From Isurus oxyrinchus (lineage: Eukaryota), in NCBI GenBank assembly GCA_026770705.1, contig JANJGN010000026.1, positions 35,588,001 through 35,652,000 of the forward strand: a stretch of 64,000 nt of DNA. Reading direction: 5' to 3'. The translations under genes and the position numbers were made by a program. Positions 12,804-26,221 of this stretch are shown here, piece by piece. The stretch's first letter is position 1; each line of letters begins with the position of its first letter. Below the pieces are notes generated by a model. That model was given only the letters and a program-made list of their open reading frames with translations. It did no database searches and was not told where the DNA came from.

Positions 12804-13307
12804 GGTTTTTGTGTGGAGTCCGCTTTTCTCTGCAGCAGTGTGGATCTCATGGCACAGAAATACACGGCGGTGTCAGAGATCACGACCTTACCGATCGGTG
12901 ATCTTGGCTGTTTTATCGAACGCAGAATTGGTGCGGGCAGCCAAACCTGGGTTGCAGTTTATTATGCCTCCAATAATATAAAACATTTTCTGTGGAGGCT
13001 CCCCGGGATGCTGACTGTACCAGAGCACAGTAGGATTACCAGCGTTTGTTTTTAAGGTGCAGTTTAGGATGAGATTGCCTTCCTCTTCAGCAACCTTTTC
13101 AAGAACCGACTGTTCCACTTTGTCTTGGCGGCTCAATTCTAACATAAAATAAGAATAAGAGACATCGATATTGTTAACATCATCATCATTTCACAAAACA
13201 GTGACATCTGGATGAGGGTGTTTCTGGGAATAATGAATTTTTCGTGGGCGTGAACACTTACTGAGAAGGGATACAACGATGAGGAGCAGTGTGAGACGGT
13301 TCTGCAT
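12804..13307 (-). pseudogene. TRAV/TRDV: TCR V pseudogene with an 8-bp FR3 deletion but intact leader and 23-RSS
   Basis: MQNRLTLLLIVVSLL|KLSRQDKVEQ...LNCTLK...WYSQHPGEPP...KITD/frameshift/VISDTAVYFCAMR. CACACTG(12842-12836)-23-ACAAAAACC. Confidence 0.9.
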
Positions 13308-14123
13308 GATGTTCGCTGTGTCTGTAACTGTGAAGTCAAGGGAAACCCTCTGTCGGAGCAGAAGTACAGAATCCCACCCCGAGTCCCCACTGAATTGCTC
13401 ATCCAATCAATTCCAAGCAGAGAACAAAGGCAGCAAATTCTCCAATAATAAAGGGCAAGGAAGGGGGTGATGCTGACGACAGCAAACCGATGCTGTGGGC
13501 GGGGTTATAGCTGGTAGTGATATTACACAGTCAGATTCATCTGCAAACAAGTGAACTCAGGAGTAATGTCTCCTTCGAAAAGGATGTAACTCTGACTCTC
13601 TAGAACGGTTGTGGTAATTCATATTCATTCCATACTGGATACGAGTAAATTCGGGACAGGAGTATCAGGATTGTAATATTATTCAGTAATATGTAAATGT
13701 TTAATGAATAACCTCTCTTGAATCCAGGGCTAAATCTACAGGCATCGGGGTTGGACTGATTCTGAATTACTGGACAGAGAATTTAGCAAAGGACCATCTA
13801 CTTAAATTAAAGACTAAAAGAAGAAACTGTGCACAATTCTGTTTACCGAATGGAGACGGGATGATAAGAAACAAGTCAGCAGGGAAATGCGTCGATAAAG
13901 AAAAGTGGAAATGAGGCATTACATTGCCATTTGTAAAGCTCGCTTTAATTATACATTCAAATTTCAACGGCAAACTAATCGAAACAGCTGTTCTTGATGA
14001 ATGTTAAATGTTTAATGATCTTTTAACAAGGTTCACCTGATCTCACAGTGGGATTTGAATCATTCCTTCTGTTTTGACGGTGTGAGTGCGCCCTCTGCTC
14101 AGCGCAAACTGAAAAACTCTGTG

Positions 14124-14651
14124 AGTTGCAGTCTGGGACCCGCTTTCTCTCTGCAGCAGTGTTGGGCTCATGGCACATCAATACAAGGTGGAGTTGGAAA
14201 TCAGCATGTTGCCGATCGTTAGATCAGTGATCTTGGCAGTTTTATTAAGCGTAGAAGAAACCCGATCAGTGATCTCGCTGCTCCTGTGCACATTCTCTCC
14301 AATATGGTGAAACACCCACTCTGGAGGCTGCCTGGGATGCTCACTGTGCCAGTACACATAAAAGCTGTGATTTCTTGCTTTCAAAGTGCAAGTTTGTGCG
14401 AAATTAATTTTCTCTTCATCCATTATTTCATGAGCCGGCTGTTCCATTGTGTCCTGGTAGTTCCATTCTAACATTAAAGAAAAGTAAAAACAATAGTCAG
14501 TCAACATAAGCGTCATGATCGCTGTCACCATTATTTGAACAGCAATGACATCTGGGTCACAGCAATCAGGAGGACAATGGATTTTACCGGGAAGGAGATG
14601 CTTACTGAGAAATGATATATCAATGAGGAGCGGAGTGAAATTGTCCCCCAT
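14124..14651 (-). pseudogene. TRAV/TRDV: TCR V pseudogene, tandem duplicate of 12804-13307
   Basis: Leader 14651-14606, V exon from 14467, TGA just before the second Cys (LY*CAMS). Heptamer is AACACTG and the nonamer is degenerate. Confidence 0.88.
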
Positions 14652-15904
14652 AATACGTCCTCAGTCTGCAACCTACGTGCCAAAACTCTTCTGTCAAAGC
14701 AGAAAGATAGATCTCCGTCCCACTGCACTGCTGACCCGAACAATGAAAAGAATGAATCAGCGTCAGTAAACTCTCCAATTACAATCGGTTCAGAGTGGGA
14801 GCAGGAAACGAAAGCTGCGGGCGGGGATACCGCAGACTCGATATTAAGTGAAGTGCACGGTGACTCTCAGCTGCTCTCTGAACTGAGGGAGCGGAAATAG
14901 CGACGGGTGAAATTTCACAACTTTGTGACAATCCTGCACCTGCTCACTCTTTAAGTGACAGAGAACAAATCGAGCAGAAGAGGCATGAATAAACTTGAAT
15001 CATAGAATTTTAAACTATTGAATTAGACCATTTGCCATACCATCCCTGTGTCTGTTTGGAAGAGTTATCAAATCGTCTTTCAACTCTTGCAATTTCCGCA
15101 TGAGGGGCAAGTTTTCCCATTTTCAATGTACAAAACATTTCCTTCTGAAGGTTACGATTGAATATTCTTCTTCCATCCTTTGGGTCGTGCAGTTAAGATT
15201 TTGACACGGTGTATTAAGTGAATTTCATCTTTTTCTCATCTTTTTTTTTCTCTGAAAATGGGGCTCATGGGTTATCGAATTTTCTGCTACTAGACACAAT
15301 AATGCGTGATTTATTACATCAGACCTTTTATCATTTTGAGTACTTCAATTAATTATCTTTTTTAAATAGTTGAGAAAGGAATAACGCCCGTTTCCCTCGT
15401 CTGTTGACAGTTAAGGGCGTCACCCTTGGTACCTGCCTGGTGTATTACTTCTAATGTCTAATATCTGATATCTTGTCATTTTGTATGAATATTGGTCCCC
15501 TGATTTTTAAACAGTATCATGGAAAGAATTACATTACTTTCTGGCATAAACATAAAAAAAGCCTAGGTCTGATCAGCTCCAAATTAAATATCTGGGAAAC
15601 AATGTCTGACATGCATCTTTTAATATGTATACCAATGAACCCTCCACCCACTGAAAGGCCCCATTCTAAAATAAATCGAACAGAGCTCCCTGAAGAGCGC
15701 ACTAAGTTCATTCATGTTGATTAGAAAGTCACGTGTGACCAACACCGGGGCCTATAAGGATGGTAGCCTGAGTGTAGTCACAACGTGCCTGGCCCCCTGC
15801 AGTGTGAGGTTGGAACAATGAGCTGATCAGAGCCTGGGTTCCCTCTCTCCTTCTCACTCTCTGGCCCAATGCATTCACATTTACTGAGAGAGATTCCGTC
15901 AGAC

Positions 15905-16175
15905 ATGTTTCTGATAATACTGGCTGTGCTGTTGGACAGTAAGTACTGAATTATGTTCATCAAGGCTGGTTAGCAGGTTTGCATGAGCATTTATTGCGGC
16001 TAGCGATCGGGTACATGCATATTATAGACAGCTTTGTAGGTGAGGATTTGCACATACATACAGATAGACACAAGTTTAGAGTTAAGCTCGTGCTCTTTTG
16101 TTTATCTACCTCCAGAGTCGGACTATTTGCAGATCCAGTAACTCACTCTCCGCTGACACCAACTGTTTCAGATGT
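15905..16175 (+). pseudogene. 5' part of a TCR V (paralogue of 4368-4896) truncated by a Penelope insertion
   Basis: Promoter and leader MFLIILAVLLD|gtaagt, exon ...ADPVTHSPLTPTVSD, then an abrupt switch to the PLE terminus. Confidence 0.82.
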
Positions 16176-16865
16176 GATAAAAGCAAAAATCTGCGGATGC
16201 TGGAAATCCAAAACAAAAATAAAAATACAAATACCTGGAAAAACTTAGCAGGTCTGACAGCATCTGCTGAGAGGAACACAGTTAACGTTTCGAGTCCGTA
16301 TGACTCTTCTTCAGAACTAAGGAAAAATAGAAGAAATGTGAAATATAAGCTGGTTTAAGGGGGCGCACCTGGGGTGGGACAAGTAGGGCTGGATAGAGCG
16401 CCAAAAGATAACCAAAAGATGTCACAGCCGAAAGGACAAAGAGATGTTGACGGTGGTGATATTATCTATGAAATGTGCTAATAGGTGACATTAAGGGTAG
16501 AAATCAGGACAAGCAAGGTACAGATAGCCCTAGTGGGGGTGGGGTGGGGAGCAGGGATCGAAATAAGCTAAAAGGTAGAGATAAAGCAATGGTTGGAAAT
16601 ACATTTAAGAATAATGGAAGTAGCTGGGAAAAGAAAAATCTATATTAATTATTGGAAAAAACGGGGATCGGCAAGGGGGTGGGGATGGAGGAGAGAGTTC
16701 ATGATCTAAACTTGTTGAACTCAATATCAGTCCAGAAGGCTGTAAAGTGCCTTGTCGGAAGATGACGTGCTGTTCCTCCAGTTTGCATTGAGCTTCACTG
16801 GAACATTGCAGCAGGCCAAGAACGGACATGTGGGCATGACAGCAGGGTGGTGTGTTGAAATGCAT
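16176..16865 (-). mobile_element. Penelope-like element 3' fragment
   Basis: Same terminal sequence and GIY-YIG tail ('HFNTPPCCHAHMSVLGLLQCSSEAQCKLEEQH') as the other two PLE copies. Confidence 0.85.
16280..16318 (-). ncRNA. Minimal type I hammerhead ribozyme motif within the PLE
   Basis: Minus strand reads AGTT-CTGAAGA-a-GAGTC-atacg-GACTC-GAAAC-GTT-AACT: CUGANGA and GAAA cores, stem II, stem I AGTT/AACT and a palindromic ACGT stem III. Confidence 0.7.
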
Positions 16866-16986
16866 GTCCATCCTGCTCTCACTCACTTATTAGGGGACTC
16901 AGAGCCCTCTTCCAGGGAGATTGTTATCAAACTCCCAGTTCTTTGATGATGGCAGAGACTACAAATTGTCACCCTCTCCCTCAGAA

Positions 16987-17290
16987 GGCTTTTCTATGAT
17001 CCTTATTGCGAGGTAACACATTGTGTCTCAAACGAACGGGAATTGGTGGCACCATCTGTCACTGAAGTGTCGCTAACAATCAGAACACTTCACTATGCTA
17101 AATTGGGCGAAGCTTTGATCCTTTTTCCATCGCTAGTACTTGTCGCCAGGTGCTGCACTGTTCAGTCTGGATATTGTCTGTAACATTGTTGGATCCGCCT
17201 TGCTACAGTGATAATACAGGTCAATGATACAATGTCCCCTTCTGCAACAGCCGTTGACTGTCATGTTCCATCACTGCCAGTTGCATTAGA
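16987..17290 (-). pseudogene. TCR V relic with a recognisable 23-RSS (probable leader start at 17869)
   Basis: QSTAVAEGDIVSLTCII...CYRQYPD*TVQHL...VSDTSVTDGAT; CACAATG(17025-17019)-23-AGAAAAGCC. Confidence 0.7.
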
Positions 17291-17459
17291 TATAATGTCG
17301 CATAATTAGTAAAATATAACGCAACTCCTTATAACATACAACAATAAAATATAAAATAACAAAATACAAGTTGATAGAATACAGGAAAATGCAATCCAAC
17401 AGAATATAGCGTAACTATATTTTATATATATGTACATATATACACATAAATATATTTAG

Positions 17460-17730
17460 AACCCCGGCAAATCGGGAAATTTGAATTCAATACAAATCTG
17501 GGAATATGACGATGAAACCACTGTCAGTTGTCGTAAAAACCCATATGGTTCATTTATGCTCTATAGGGCAGGAAATCTACCATCCTTACTTGGCCTGGCC
17601 AACATGTGACTCCAGTCCCATAGCAAAGTAGTTGACTCTTAAATTACCCTGTGAACAAGGTCAGCTAGAGAAGGATGGGTAATAAATGGTGGCCCAGCCG
17701 GCGACGTCCACACACTATAAATGAATAATA
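17460..17730 (+). mobile_element. Shark SINE-like repeat
   Basis: Shared core (ggaaatct.ccatccttac.tgg.ctggcc.acatgtgactccag) also occurs at ~29200-29480 and ~55135-55505, with more degenerate related copies at ~58280-58505 and ~60580-60930(-). Confidence 0.6.
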
Positions 17731-18692
17731 TATGTTATACTGTGGTAATATAAATTGCACTATATACGATATTATACTCATATTGTATCTAATGATGTGT
17801 GCTGCAATCACTTGGAGGATAGAGTGCGAAATCCAGAAAGGCCATCAATAAAATGAAGCTTAGCTTCATGTCGTGTCCTATCAACTTCGGTAAATTAATT
17901 CTCGGGAGATCCAGGTCAGGGTAGCTGCTTCTGAAGTCAGTGCTGTTGCGCATGAATCTTAACGAGCATCAGAACGCTGTACCCGCTAGAAACAGGCTTC
18001 TGGGACTTCACCTCCCAGAGTGAAGTATGAGGGAGGTTCTCGTTCAGCTTTGGTGGAAGTTGGGTGGAGCGTTCCGCTCGTTATCCTGAATCAAACCGAA
18101 TAATGGAAACAGAGAGAACACAAATCGTGAGCAATTATCTCCGTGATCCTTTCAAATTTGATCATTTAAACCAGGCCAGCAGGTGGCGCTGCCGGGTCGC
18201 TGTGTCTACCACAGGTCATATTGTCCCAAAGAATGCTGACTGGCATTTGCTTCGATCTAAATTCACAAAAAAATATTATTTTCAGCCCTTCGATTTGAAT
18301 TCATAATATTCTATCTTTGCTACTGTTAAAAATTTCATACCTTATTTGATTACTAATAAGCTAGTTACCTCAAGTTGACAGTTTGAAATTAAATACATTT
18401 GCCACTACATTGGATTACAATTCGGATTGGGTTCGGATTTTTCTGTCATCCAAAATTTGCTTTCACCCGCACACTTCAACCGGAGCTCAATGGTGAAGGT
18501 ATTTGCAGCTAAATAATAGCATTGGAATTCATTTCGCGAACCTGGGACTAACATGGTTTTCATAGAGAGGTGGAGTTATATCATTTTCAATGGGCACCTT
18601 AATATTGAAGCAACTTCCTCACGCCTGTTTTGACCATGTGCTGCACAGGTAAATGCTGCAATTAAACAGCGACGACAGATATGATACCCTGA

Positions 18693-21100
18693 ACAAAAAC
18701 AGAATTACCTGGAAAAACTCAGCAGGTCTGGCAGCATCGGCGGAGAAGAAAAAAGTTGATGTTTCGAGTCCTCATGACGCTTACTCAGAACTGGGTGAAT
18801 ATAAGGAGAGGGGTGAAATATAAGCTGGTTTAAGGTGGGTGGGGGGGGGTGAGAAGTGGGGGTGGGGGGTGGTGGTGTGGTTGTAGGGACAAGCAAGCAG
18901 TGAGAGGAGCAGATAATCAAAATATGTCACAGACAAAAGAACAAAAGAGCACAAAGGTGTTGAAGGTGGTGATATTATGTAAACGAATGTGCTAATTAAG
19001 AATGGATGGTAGGGCACCAAATGTACAGCTCTAGTGGGGGTGAGGTGGAAAGAGTAGCAGGGCATAAAATATTTAAAAATAATGGAAATAGGTGGGAAAA
19101 GAAAAATCAGTATAAATTATTGGAAAAAACAAAAGGAAGGGGGAAGAAACAGAAAGGGGCTGGGGTTGGAGGAGGGAGTTCAAGATCTAAAGTTGCTGAA
19201 TTCGATATTCAGTCAGGAAGGCTGTAAAGTGCCTCGTCAAAGATGAGGTGCTATTCCTCCAGTTTGTGTTAGGCTTCACTGGAACAATGCAGCAAGCCAA
19301 GGACAGACTTGTGAACAAGAGAGCAGGGTGGAGTGTTAAAATGGCAAGCGACAGGGAGGTTTGGGTCATTCTTGCGGACAGACCACAGGTGTTCTGCAAA
19401 GCAGTCGCCCAGTTTATGTTTGGTCTCTCCAATGTAGAGGAGACCACATTGGGAGCAACGAATGCAGTAGACTAAGTTGGGGGAATGCAAGTGAAATGCT
19501 GCTTCACTTGAAGTGAATGTTTGGGTCCTTGGACAGTGAGGAGAGAGGACGTGAAGCGGCAAGTGTTGCATCTTTTGCATGGGCATGGGGAGGTGCTGTA
19601 GGTGTGGGTTGAGGAGTAGGAGGTGATGGAAGAGTGGGCCAGGGTGTGCGGAAGGAACGATCCCTATGGAATGCCGCCGGGGGGTGTGAAGGGAAGATGT
19701 GTTTGGTGGTGGCATCATGCTGGAGTTGGCGGAAATGGCGGAGGATGATCCCTTGAATGCAGAGACTGATGGGGCGATAAGTGAGGATAAAGGGGGACCC
19801 TATCATGTTTCTGGGAGGGAGTAGAAGGCGTGAGGGCGGATGCATGGGAGATGAGCCAGACATGGTTGAGGGCCTTGTCAACGACCATGGGTGGAAAATC
19901 TCGGTTAAGGAAGAAGGAGGACATTTCAGAGGAACTGTTTTTGAAGGTAGCATCATCAGAACAAATGCGATGGAGGCGAAGGAACTGAGAGAATGGGGTG
20001 TATTCCATACAGGAAGCGAGGTGTGAGGAGCTGTAATCGAGGTAGCTGTGGGAGTCGTTAGGCTTGTAATGGATATTGGTGGACAGTCTATCATGAGAGA
20101 TTGAGACCGAGAGGTCAAGGAAGGGAAGGGAAGTGTCAGAGAAATAACCATGTGAAAATGATGGAGGCGTGGAGATTGGAAGCAAAATTAATAATTTTTT
20201 CCAAGTCCCGACGAGAGCCTGAAGCAGCACCGAAATAATCATCGATGTACCAGAGAAAGAGTTGTGAAGGGGGCCATAGTAGGACTGGAACAAGGAATGT
20301 TCCACATACCCCATAAAGAGACAGGCATAGCAGGGGCCCATGCCGGTACCCATAGCCACACCTTTTATTTGGAGGAAGAGAGAGGAGTTAAAGGAGAAAT
20401 TGTTCAGTGTGAGAACAAGTTCAGCCAGACGGAGGAGCGCAGTGGTGGATGGGGATTGTTCGGGCATCTGTTCGAGGAAGATGCTAAGGGCCCTCAGCCC
20501 ATCCTGGTGGGTGAATGGAGGTGTAGAGGGATTGGACGTCCATGGTGAAGAGGATGCGGTTGGGGCCAGGGAACTGGAAATTGTTGATGTGGCGTAAGGT
20601 GTCAGAGGAATCATGGATGTAGGTGGGAGGGGACTGCACAAGGGGAGAGAGAAGGAAGTCAAGATAATGAGAAATGAGTTCTGTGGGGCAGAAGCAGGCA
20701 AAAGCGATCAGTCCACCGGGACAGTTCTGGTTGTGGATTTTGGGTAGGAGGTAGAAGCAGGCCATCCTAGTTTGGGCGACTATCAGGTTGGAAGCCGTGG
20801 GAGGAAGATCTCTAGCGGAGATGAGGTCAGTGACAGTCCTGGAAACAATGGCTTGATGTTCAGTGGTGAGGTCATGGTCCAGGGAGAGGTACGAGGAAGT
20901 GTTTGTGAGTTGACGCTCAGCCTCCGCGAGATGGAGGTCAGTGCGCCAGACAACAGCAACACCACCCTTGTTAGCGGGTTTGATGACAATGTTGGGGTTG
21001 GATCTGAGAGAACGGAATGCAGTAAGTTCAGAGAGGGACAAATTAGAATGGGTGAGAGGAGCAGAGAAATTGAGACAACTCACTTGAGATATGATACCCT
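18693..21100 (-). mobile_element. Penelope-like retroelement, ~2.4 kb (RT plus GIY-YIG, frameshifted)
   Basis: ORF pieces 'NIVIKPANKGG', 'FYLLPKIHNQNCPG', 'FTMDVQSLYTSI', 'QIKGVAMGTGMGP', 'LPFLDL' and 'LVYCIRCSQCGLLYIGETK'. Confidence 0.92.
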
Positions 21101-22886
21101 TTGACCCTGCCAATGTCAAGGTATCATGAAAAGATATCCCTTACTGCCAGTATCCAAGACATTCTCGACTGCGTTCCCTCCAGTTCGAAACCGACTCTCG
21201 GATCTCTTTCAAATTCATCTGCAGTTATTATCTCAACACCAGCAGGTCTGCATGTTTTCCATTCTACCTTCTTACTGTTCAATTATTAAGGCAATTTTAC
21301 ATTTTGTTCCAGCCATATCAATTGTTTGTTTCCTAACCCCACCCCCCCCCCCCACCCCCACCCCCACCCCCACCAGCATTCCCCACCCCCGCCTCTCTCG
21401 GCTGGGTAGATCCATTCATCGGCAGCAATAACACTGGTGTCTCCCTTGAATTCGGTAGTCCTGAGTGCCTTCAAAGATTAACTTTCTGACTCACTGCTCA
21501 GACCAGTCACCTTCCTCTAAAAAGTTAGGCGTGGATCCACTTTGTCTGCCCAGATTTCAACACAGAGGCGCAGTGGGTGAAGGCTGATTTCGGGCAGATC
21601 GCAAGGACCTGACCACGCCACCAAACTAAATTGTCACCAATCGCTTTTGACTTTGCAAACTGCAACCAGCCCAAATATCGGACGTGTCGGAGAGAAACAT
21701 GTCAGCCACCTGGTTAGATGCCAGAGAGTAAATAAATAGGAGGCTGCCACATTAGCCGATCTCTGCAAAATAAAAACATAAAAAAGTGAATTGATCAACG
21801 ATAATAAAAAAGATTTTCCAGACAACTGTTCTTGCTGGAATTTTGGTACCGATTTGCAGGGCGACGGGGGAAAGGCAGTGATACTGGCTTAGCTGCTCTC
21901 ACAGAGGGTCGGCACAGATAAGATGGGACGAATGGTCTTCTTCTCCATCATTTTATGATTCTAACCACGATCTTGAAGTATGACGTATCCAACTGGGAAA
22001 TTCACTTGCTTTCTTTATGTGACTATTCTGGCTTAAGAAGACTGGGTTGGCAAATAAAGCCATTGAAAATTTTGCATGTTTACCTTGCATTAAGACAGGT
22101 CCATGGTGAAGGCCGGATACCCCGAGTTGAATTCTCAATATATTTTCAAAGTACATCAATCACAGTCAGCAGTCTATCTCTGTTTCCACTTCAACAGCAG
22201 CTCTTCCTTAATGATCCTCAGAAAGTCATATCGACGGATTAAAATCTGACACTATTCACTGGGCAAGGCAAGTGGGTGAAAGGTGTGGAAGATGGTGAAA
22301 AGAATGTTAAAATATGAAGGAAAGATACAACTGAGTTCGGATTTCTGAAGAGGAGGAAATGGATATTTAAAAAAAAGGATGAATACAACCTGAGATGATA
22401 TTCCTGAAGACGGAGAAAGGGATATGAAAATATGAAGGAAAGATGTGATGAGATGTGATTTCTGAAGCCATTCACTATATCGAGGGTGGGGATCGATGAT
22501 AAAGGAGTGAAGGACAATTCAAACCCCTTTTATTTTGCTTCTCTCTGCACCACATCTTTTTCTAACCTGATTGAGAATTGTAAGGACAGTTTTTCATGCA
22601 CTGTGTGTGTTAAGTTCTTGTTAATGAGTATTCCCCCTGCACCTCACCCTGGGAGCTTTGACCCGCCTGGAGCTTTCTGTCCTCTGTAACTGGCTGCACA
22701 GAGTCGATGTGACACAATCTATTTTCTCTCTATTTGCAAACCCGAAGTCTGAAAGTTATGGCTGTTTAAATATATCCTTACTTGCACAAGGATGGGCAGA
22801 ATCCACCACTGAGTTTCAAACAAAATTTTAAATAAACTACAGCAGGGGTCAGTGCTCGAAATGTTGTTTAAATTAGAGGTAGAGCT

Positions 22887-23222
22887 GTGTTTTTAATTTA
22901 TTCACGGGATGTGGGCTTCGCTGGCTGGGTCAGCATTTATTATCCACCCCTAGTTGCCCTTGAGAAGGTAGTGCTAAGTTGCCTTCTTGAACTGCTGCAG
23001 TCCACGTGGTGTAGGCACACCCACAGTGCTGTTAGGAAGGATTTCCAGAATTTTGACCCAGCGACAGGTGAAGGAACAGCGATATATTTCCAATTCTGGA
23101 TGGTAAGTGACTGGGAGGGGAACTTCCAGGTGGTGGTGTTCCCATGTATTTGATGTCCTAGTCCTTCTAGATGGTAGTGGTCGTGGGTTTGGAAGTTGCT
23201 ATCGAAAGAGCCTTGGTGAATT
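22887..23222 (-). mobile_element. Non-LTR retrotransposon 3' fragment (CR1/L2 group)
   Basis: Homologous to 37590-38100, which extends into RT C-terminal-like coding remnants. Confidence 0.55.
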
Positions 23223-23449
23223 CCTCTAGATTTGTATCTCTAGGTTTGTTCAATTACTTGTTCAGTAACAATAAATGTCACCCTTATAATATCACGGATC
23301 TCAAAAGCGCTGAGGCAAAACACAGAATCGTCCTTAGCTCAATAGTTAACTGATGCTTGAGGGAAATCTCAGCGGAGTCACTGTTCTGACTGTCCTTCTG
23401 GTCAGGTCAGCTTTCTGTTTCCTGGTTACAATAATAAGCCACGGTTCGC

Positions 23450-23815
23450 TGGTATCTAAAGCTGAACCTATCCCCCAAAAGGACACTAAATATCACCCAG
23501 CTCTGGGTATTTAAATTCACTGGCACGCAGAACACCACCCTCGGTCTCTAAAGCTGAGCCATTTCCCCTATAAACACACTGACCGTGGTCCACCTCAGGG
23601 TGTTTACATTCACTGACAGCCAGAGCATCGCCCTTGGTCTCTAAAGCTGAATCATTCCCCCTATAGGGACCCTGACCGTATTCAAGCTCTGGGTGTTTAT
23701 ATTCTCTGACAGCCAGAACACCACCCTTGGTCCCTAAAGCTGAGCAATTCCCCCCATAAAGACTCTTACCATAGACCAGGTCGGTGTCTTTACATTCAGT
23801 GAGGACCAACTCGCC
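23450..23815. repeat. 93-bp minisatellite, about 4 copies
   Basis: 'taaagctga' recurs at 23457, 23549, 23642 and 23735. Confidence 0.85.
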
Positions 23816-23958
23816 ACCTACCACTCTCACAGAACGACTGAGGACCGAAGGAAGTGAGATGAGAACATCCTGAGACACGAAAGCAGTTTATTGAGGTTTG
23901 GGTTTAAAACGGCTGTCGTCAAATATCCAACTCCCCTTTCACAGAGCGGACAGCGACA

Positions 23959-24453
23959 ATGCGGCTGCTCAGCACTTGGGTTGTGTGGGGAACATTTCTG
24001 ACAGGTATTTGTGGAAGACACATATTTCGTCTCTATTTTTCTAATTTCCCACACACCTTTTAAATGGTCTGATTTTTGTTTTCTGTTTCAGTATGTTGTT
24101 CAGATCAAATTCATGGAAATTCTGTACGAGCCGCTGTCCTCAGGTGCCAGGGCAGAAGGAGAAGCGGTGACTTTAACCTGCAGCTATCCTACGACACAAA
24201 GCAGCTATTGGCTATACTGGTACAGGCAACATCTAGGCGCCCAGCTCCAGTTTTTATTGCTGAAATCTACGAACTGTGAATCTATTAAGAAAAAACAGAT
24301 TTTGCCCAAATCCGTGTCTCAGTGAAACTCCAGACCTCCACGAAATTCACTAGTTTAACCATCTCGGCTCTGCAGCTGCCTGACGCTGCCTTGTATTGCT
24401 GCTCTCTTAGACTCATAGCGATGAAAAACAGTCTCACACCTGTGTATAAAACT
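23959..24453 (+). pseudogene. TRAV/TRDV: TCR V pseudogene (two frameshifts, degenerate RSS)
   Basis: Leader MRLLSTWVVWGTFLT|gt; AEGEAVTLTCSYPTTQSSYWLYWYRQHLGAQLQF...TISALQLPDAALYCCSLR. Heptamer CATAGCG at 24414-24420. Confidence 0.88.
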
Positions 24454-24640
24454 CTCTTTGAATTGTGACTCAGAGCTCCTGTCTATTTGGGTTTATGTGT
24501 AGAATCTCGGGCAGATGCAACCACAATGTTCAGCGATGCTGTCAGCTGCTCAAGCACACATCGAAAGGAAACCACATTCACCTCACATCAAACTGTCACC
24601 CAACAGTTTCCAGCAGTGACCGAGAGAACAAACTGCAGAT

Positions 24641-25423
24641 TGAGGATTTCTGCTGAGTAACAGAATCTCCATCGCTCAGATCTGGAACACACGGTTAAAG
24701 GAAGCAGAATTTAGCGATTAAAAACTCAACTGAAATGAACTAACAGTGAAATTTCGCAAACAATGCTACATAAAATGTTATACAATCTACAACACTGAAA
24801 ATTACACCTTACTCAATATTTCGGTGTTTACATTTCCAACGACCCTATCCCTCTTTATCTCACTCACTCAGCATATCCTCCTATTCCATTCACCTTCCTT
24901 GTCCCTTTAAATGCATCAGTTCGCCTTATCCCCTGCTGGTGATAGTGATTTACATATTCCATCCCATCTCTGGATAAATAAATTTCTCATGAGCTCCATG
25001 TCGGATCTTTTAATCATTCATAAATATATCCCACAGTTTTGAATTAAGTACAAGTGGAAACATTTCCATGTCTGCCCCTTCATCATCATTAAAAGAACTC
25101 TGTTTGGTTACCCCTCTTTCTTCTCTTTACCATGGGAAAGAAGGCCAGTCTGTGCAGCGTTTTCTTTACCTCTCAAATCTGGCATCATCGCTGTAATGCC
25201 TTGTTGCATTGTGTCTATGCCGCTTTATATTCCTCTTGTAAGGAAGAGGCCAGAATTGCTCACAATAGGTCATGTGTGCTCTAACCAAGACCTGCTGCAT
25301 TTTTAACATGAACAGTCTTATTTGTAAATTCATTCCTCAGAAAATTAAGCCCTTTTAAAAGTGCTAAACTCCTTACAGATAGTGAATGTCAACCAGGTGA
25401 CAGCGAGAACGAAGACCCGCATT
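24641..25423 (-). pseudogene. Truncated paralogue of V 9038-10078 (promoter, leader, intron and first ~14 V codons only)
   Basis: Leader MRVFVLAVTWLTFTI|gtaag; exon LSDGDSVTQQKSS then unrelated sequence. Flanks align with 9300-9430 and 9880-10290. Confidence 0.82.
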
Positions 25424-26182
25424 GCTGCTGCTCCCGGAATTCAAGGGACTTTTTGTGTCTCAGAATCCTGCAGAGTATGGAACCAGAATAATCTGACAGC
25501 ATTGGCTGAGACTGGTCTGATGTCACGTCCTGCAGAACATACGATGATGAAGATGAGATCACTGGATCTGATTGGCCTGATGTCATTTCGGTAACCACAT
25601 TGGGAAAGTTCTTATTACAGAGAACTGAGGCATTAACGTCGCATTCGGCTGATCAGAGAGAAAGATGGATGAGTATACACAGCTTGATCTCTAATTGATC
25701 TGAGAGATAGTGTGAACTTCAATGAACTGGTATGCAGGTCTTCTCAAAGAAAGAAATACAGGGTGTGAACGTCGATGGAGATTTTCAGTTATTTCACTCG
25801 TTATCACAACTTAGATTGAGCCTGTTGACTGTGATGAAGTCGGATTTGATCGACATTCTACTGTGTTCAAACAACGAGTAGATCTTTACTTGTAATTCTG
25901 TGTTAGTGGCACACTGAAGAGAGGGTGAAAATTCCCGGACAATGAATAGGATAAACTTCCTATGTATCAGACATTATCGGGCCAGGTTACCAAAAAACCT
26001 GCACAAGGTTTCTCCTGCTGAATTAATAGAGTGAATAAATGCTTATCCGACTCTCCTACTCAGAGTTTATGGGAGTTGTCTTGAGGCCACATTGTCTGTT
26101 GGCTTTACTTGGAGAAGAACTTGCATTCCCTATATATCACCAAACAGACTGCTACTCAATTCACTTAGAAATATTGCGGCAG

Positions 26183-26221
26183 TGTTTTTGTAGGTGTCTT
26201 CCCCTGGTTCCTGTCACTGTG
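26183..26221 (-). other. 23-RSS (CACAGTG-23-ACAAAAACA)
   Basis: Heptamer 26221-26215, nonamer 26191-26183. Confidence 0.92.

Noticed and set aside
23486-23878. 130-aa ORF with 31-aa repeats
   Set aside because: A by-product of the 93-bp minisatellite (unit divisible by 3), with no ATG context or splice evidence.
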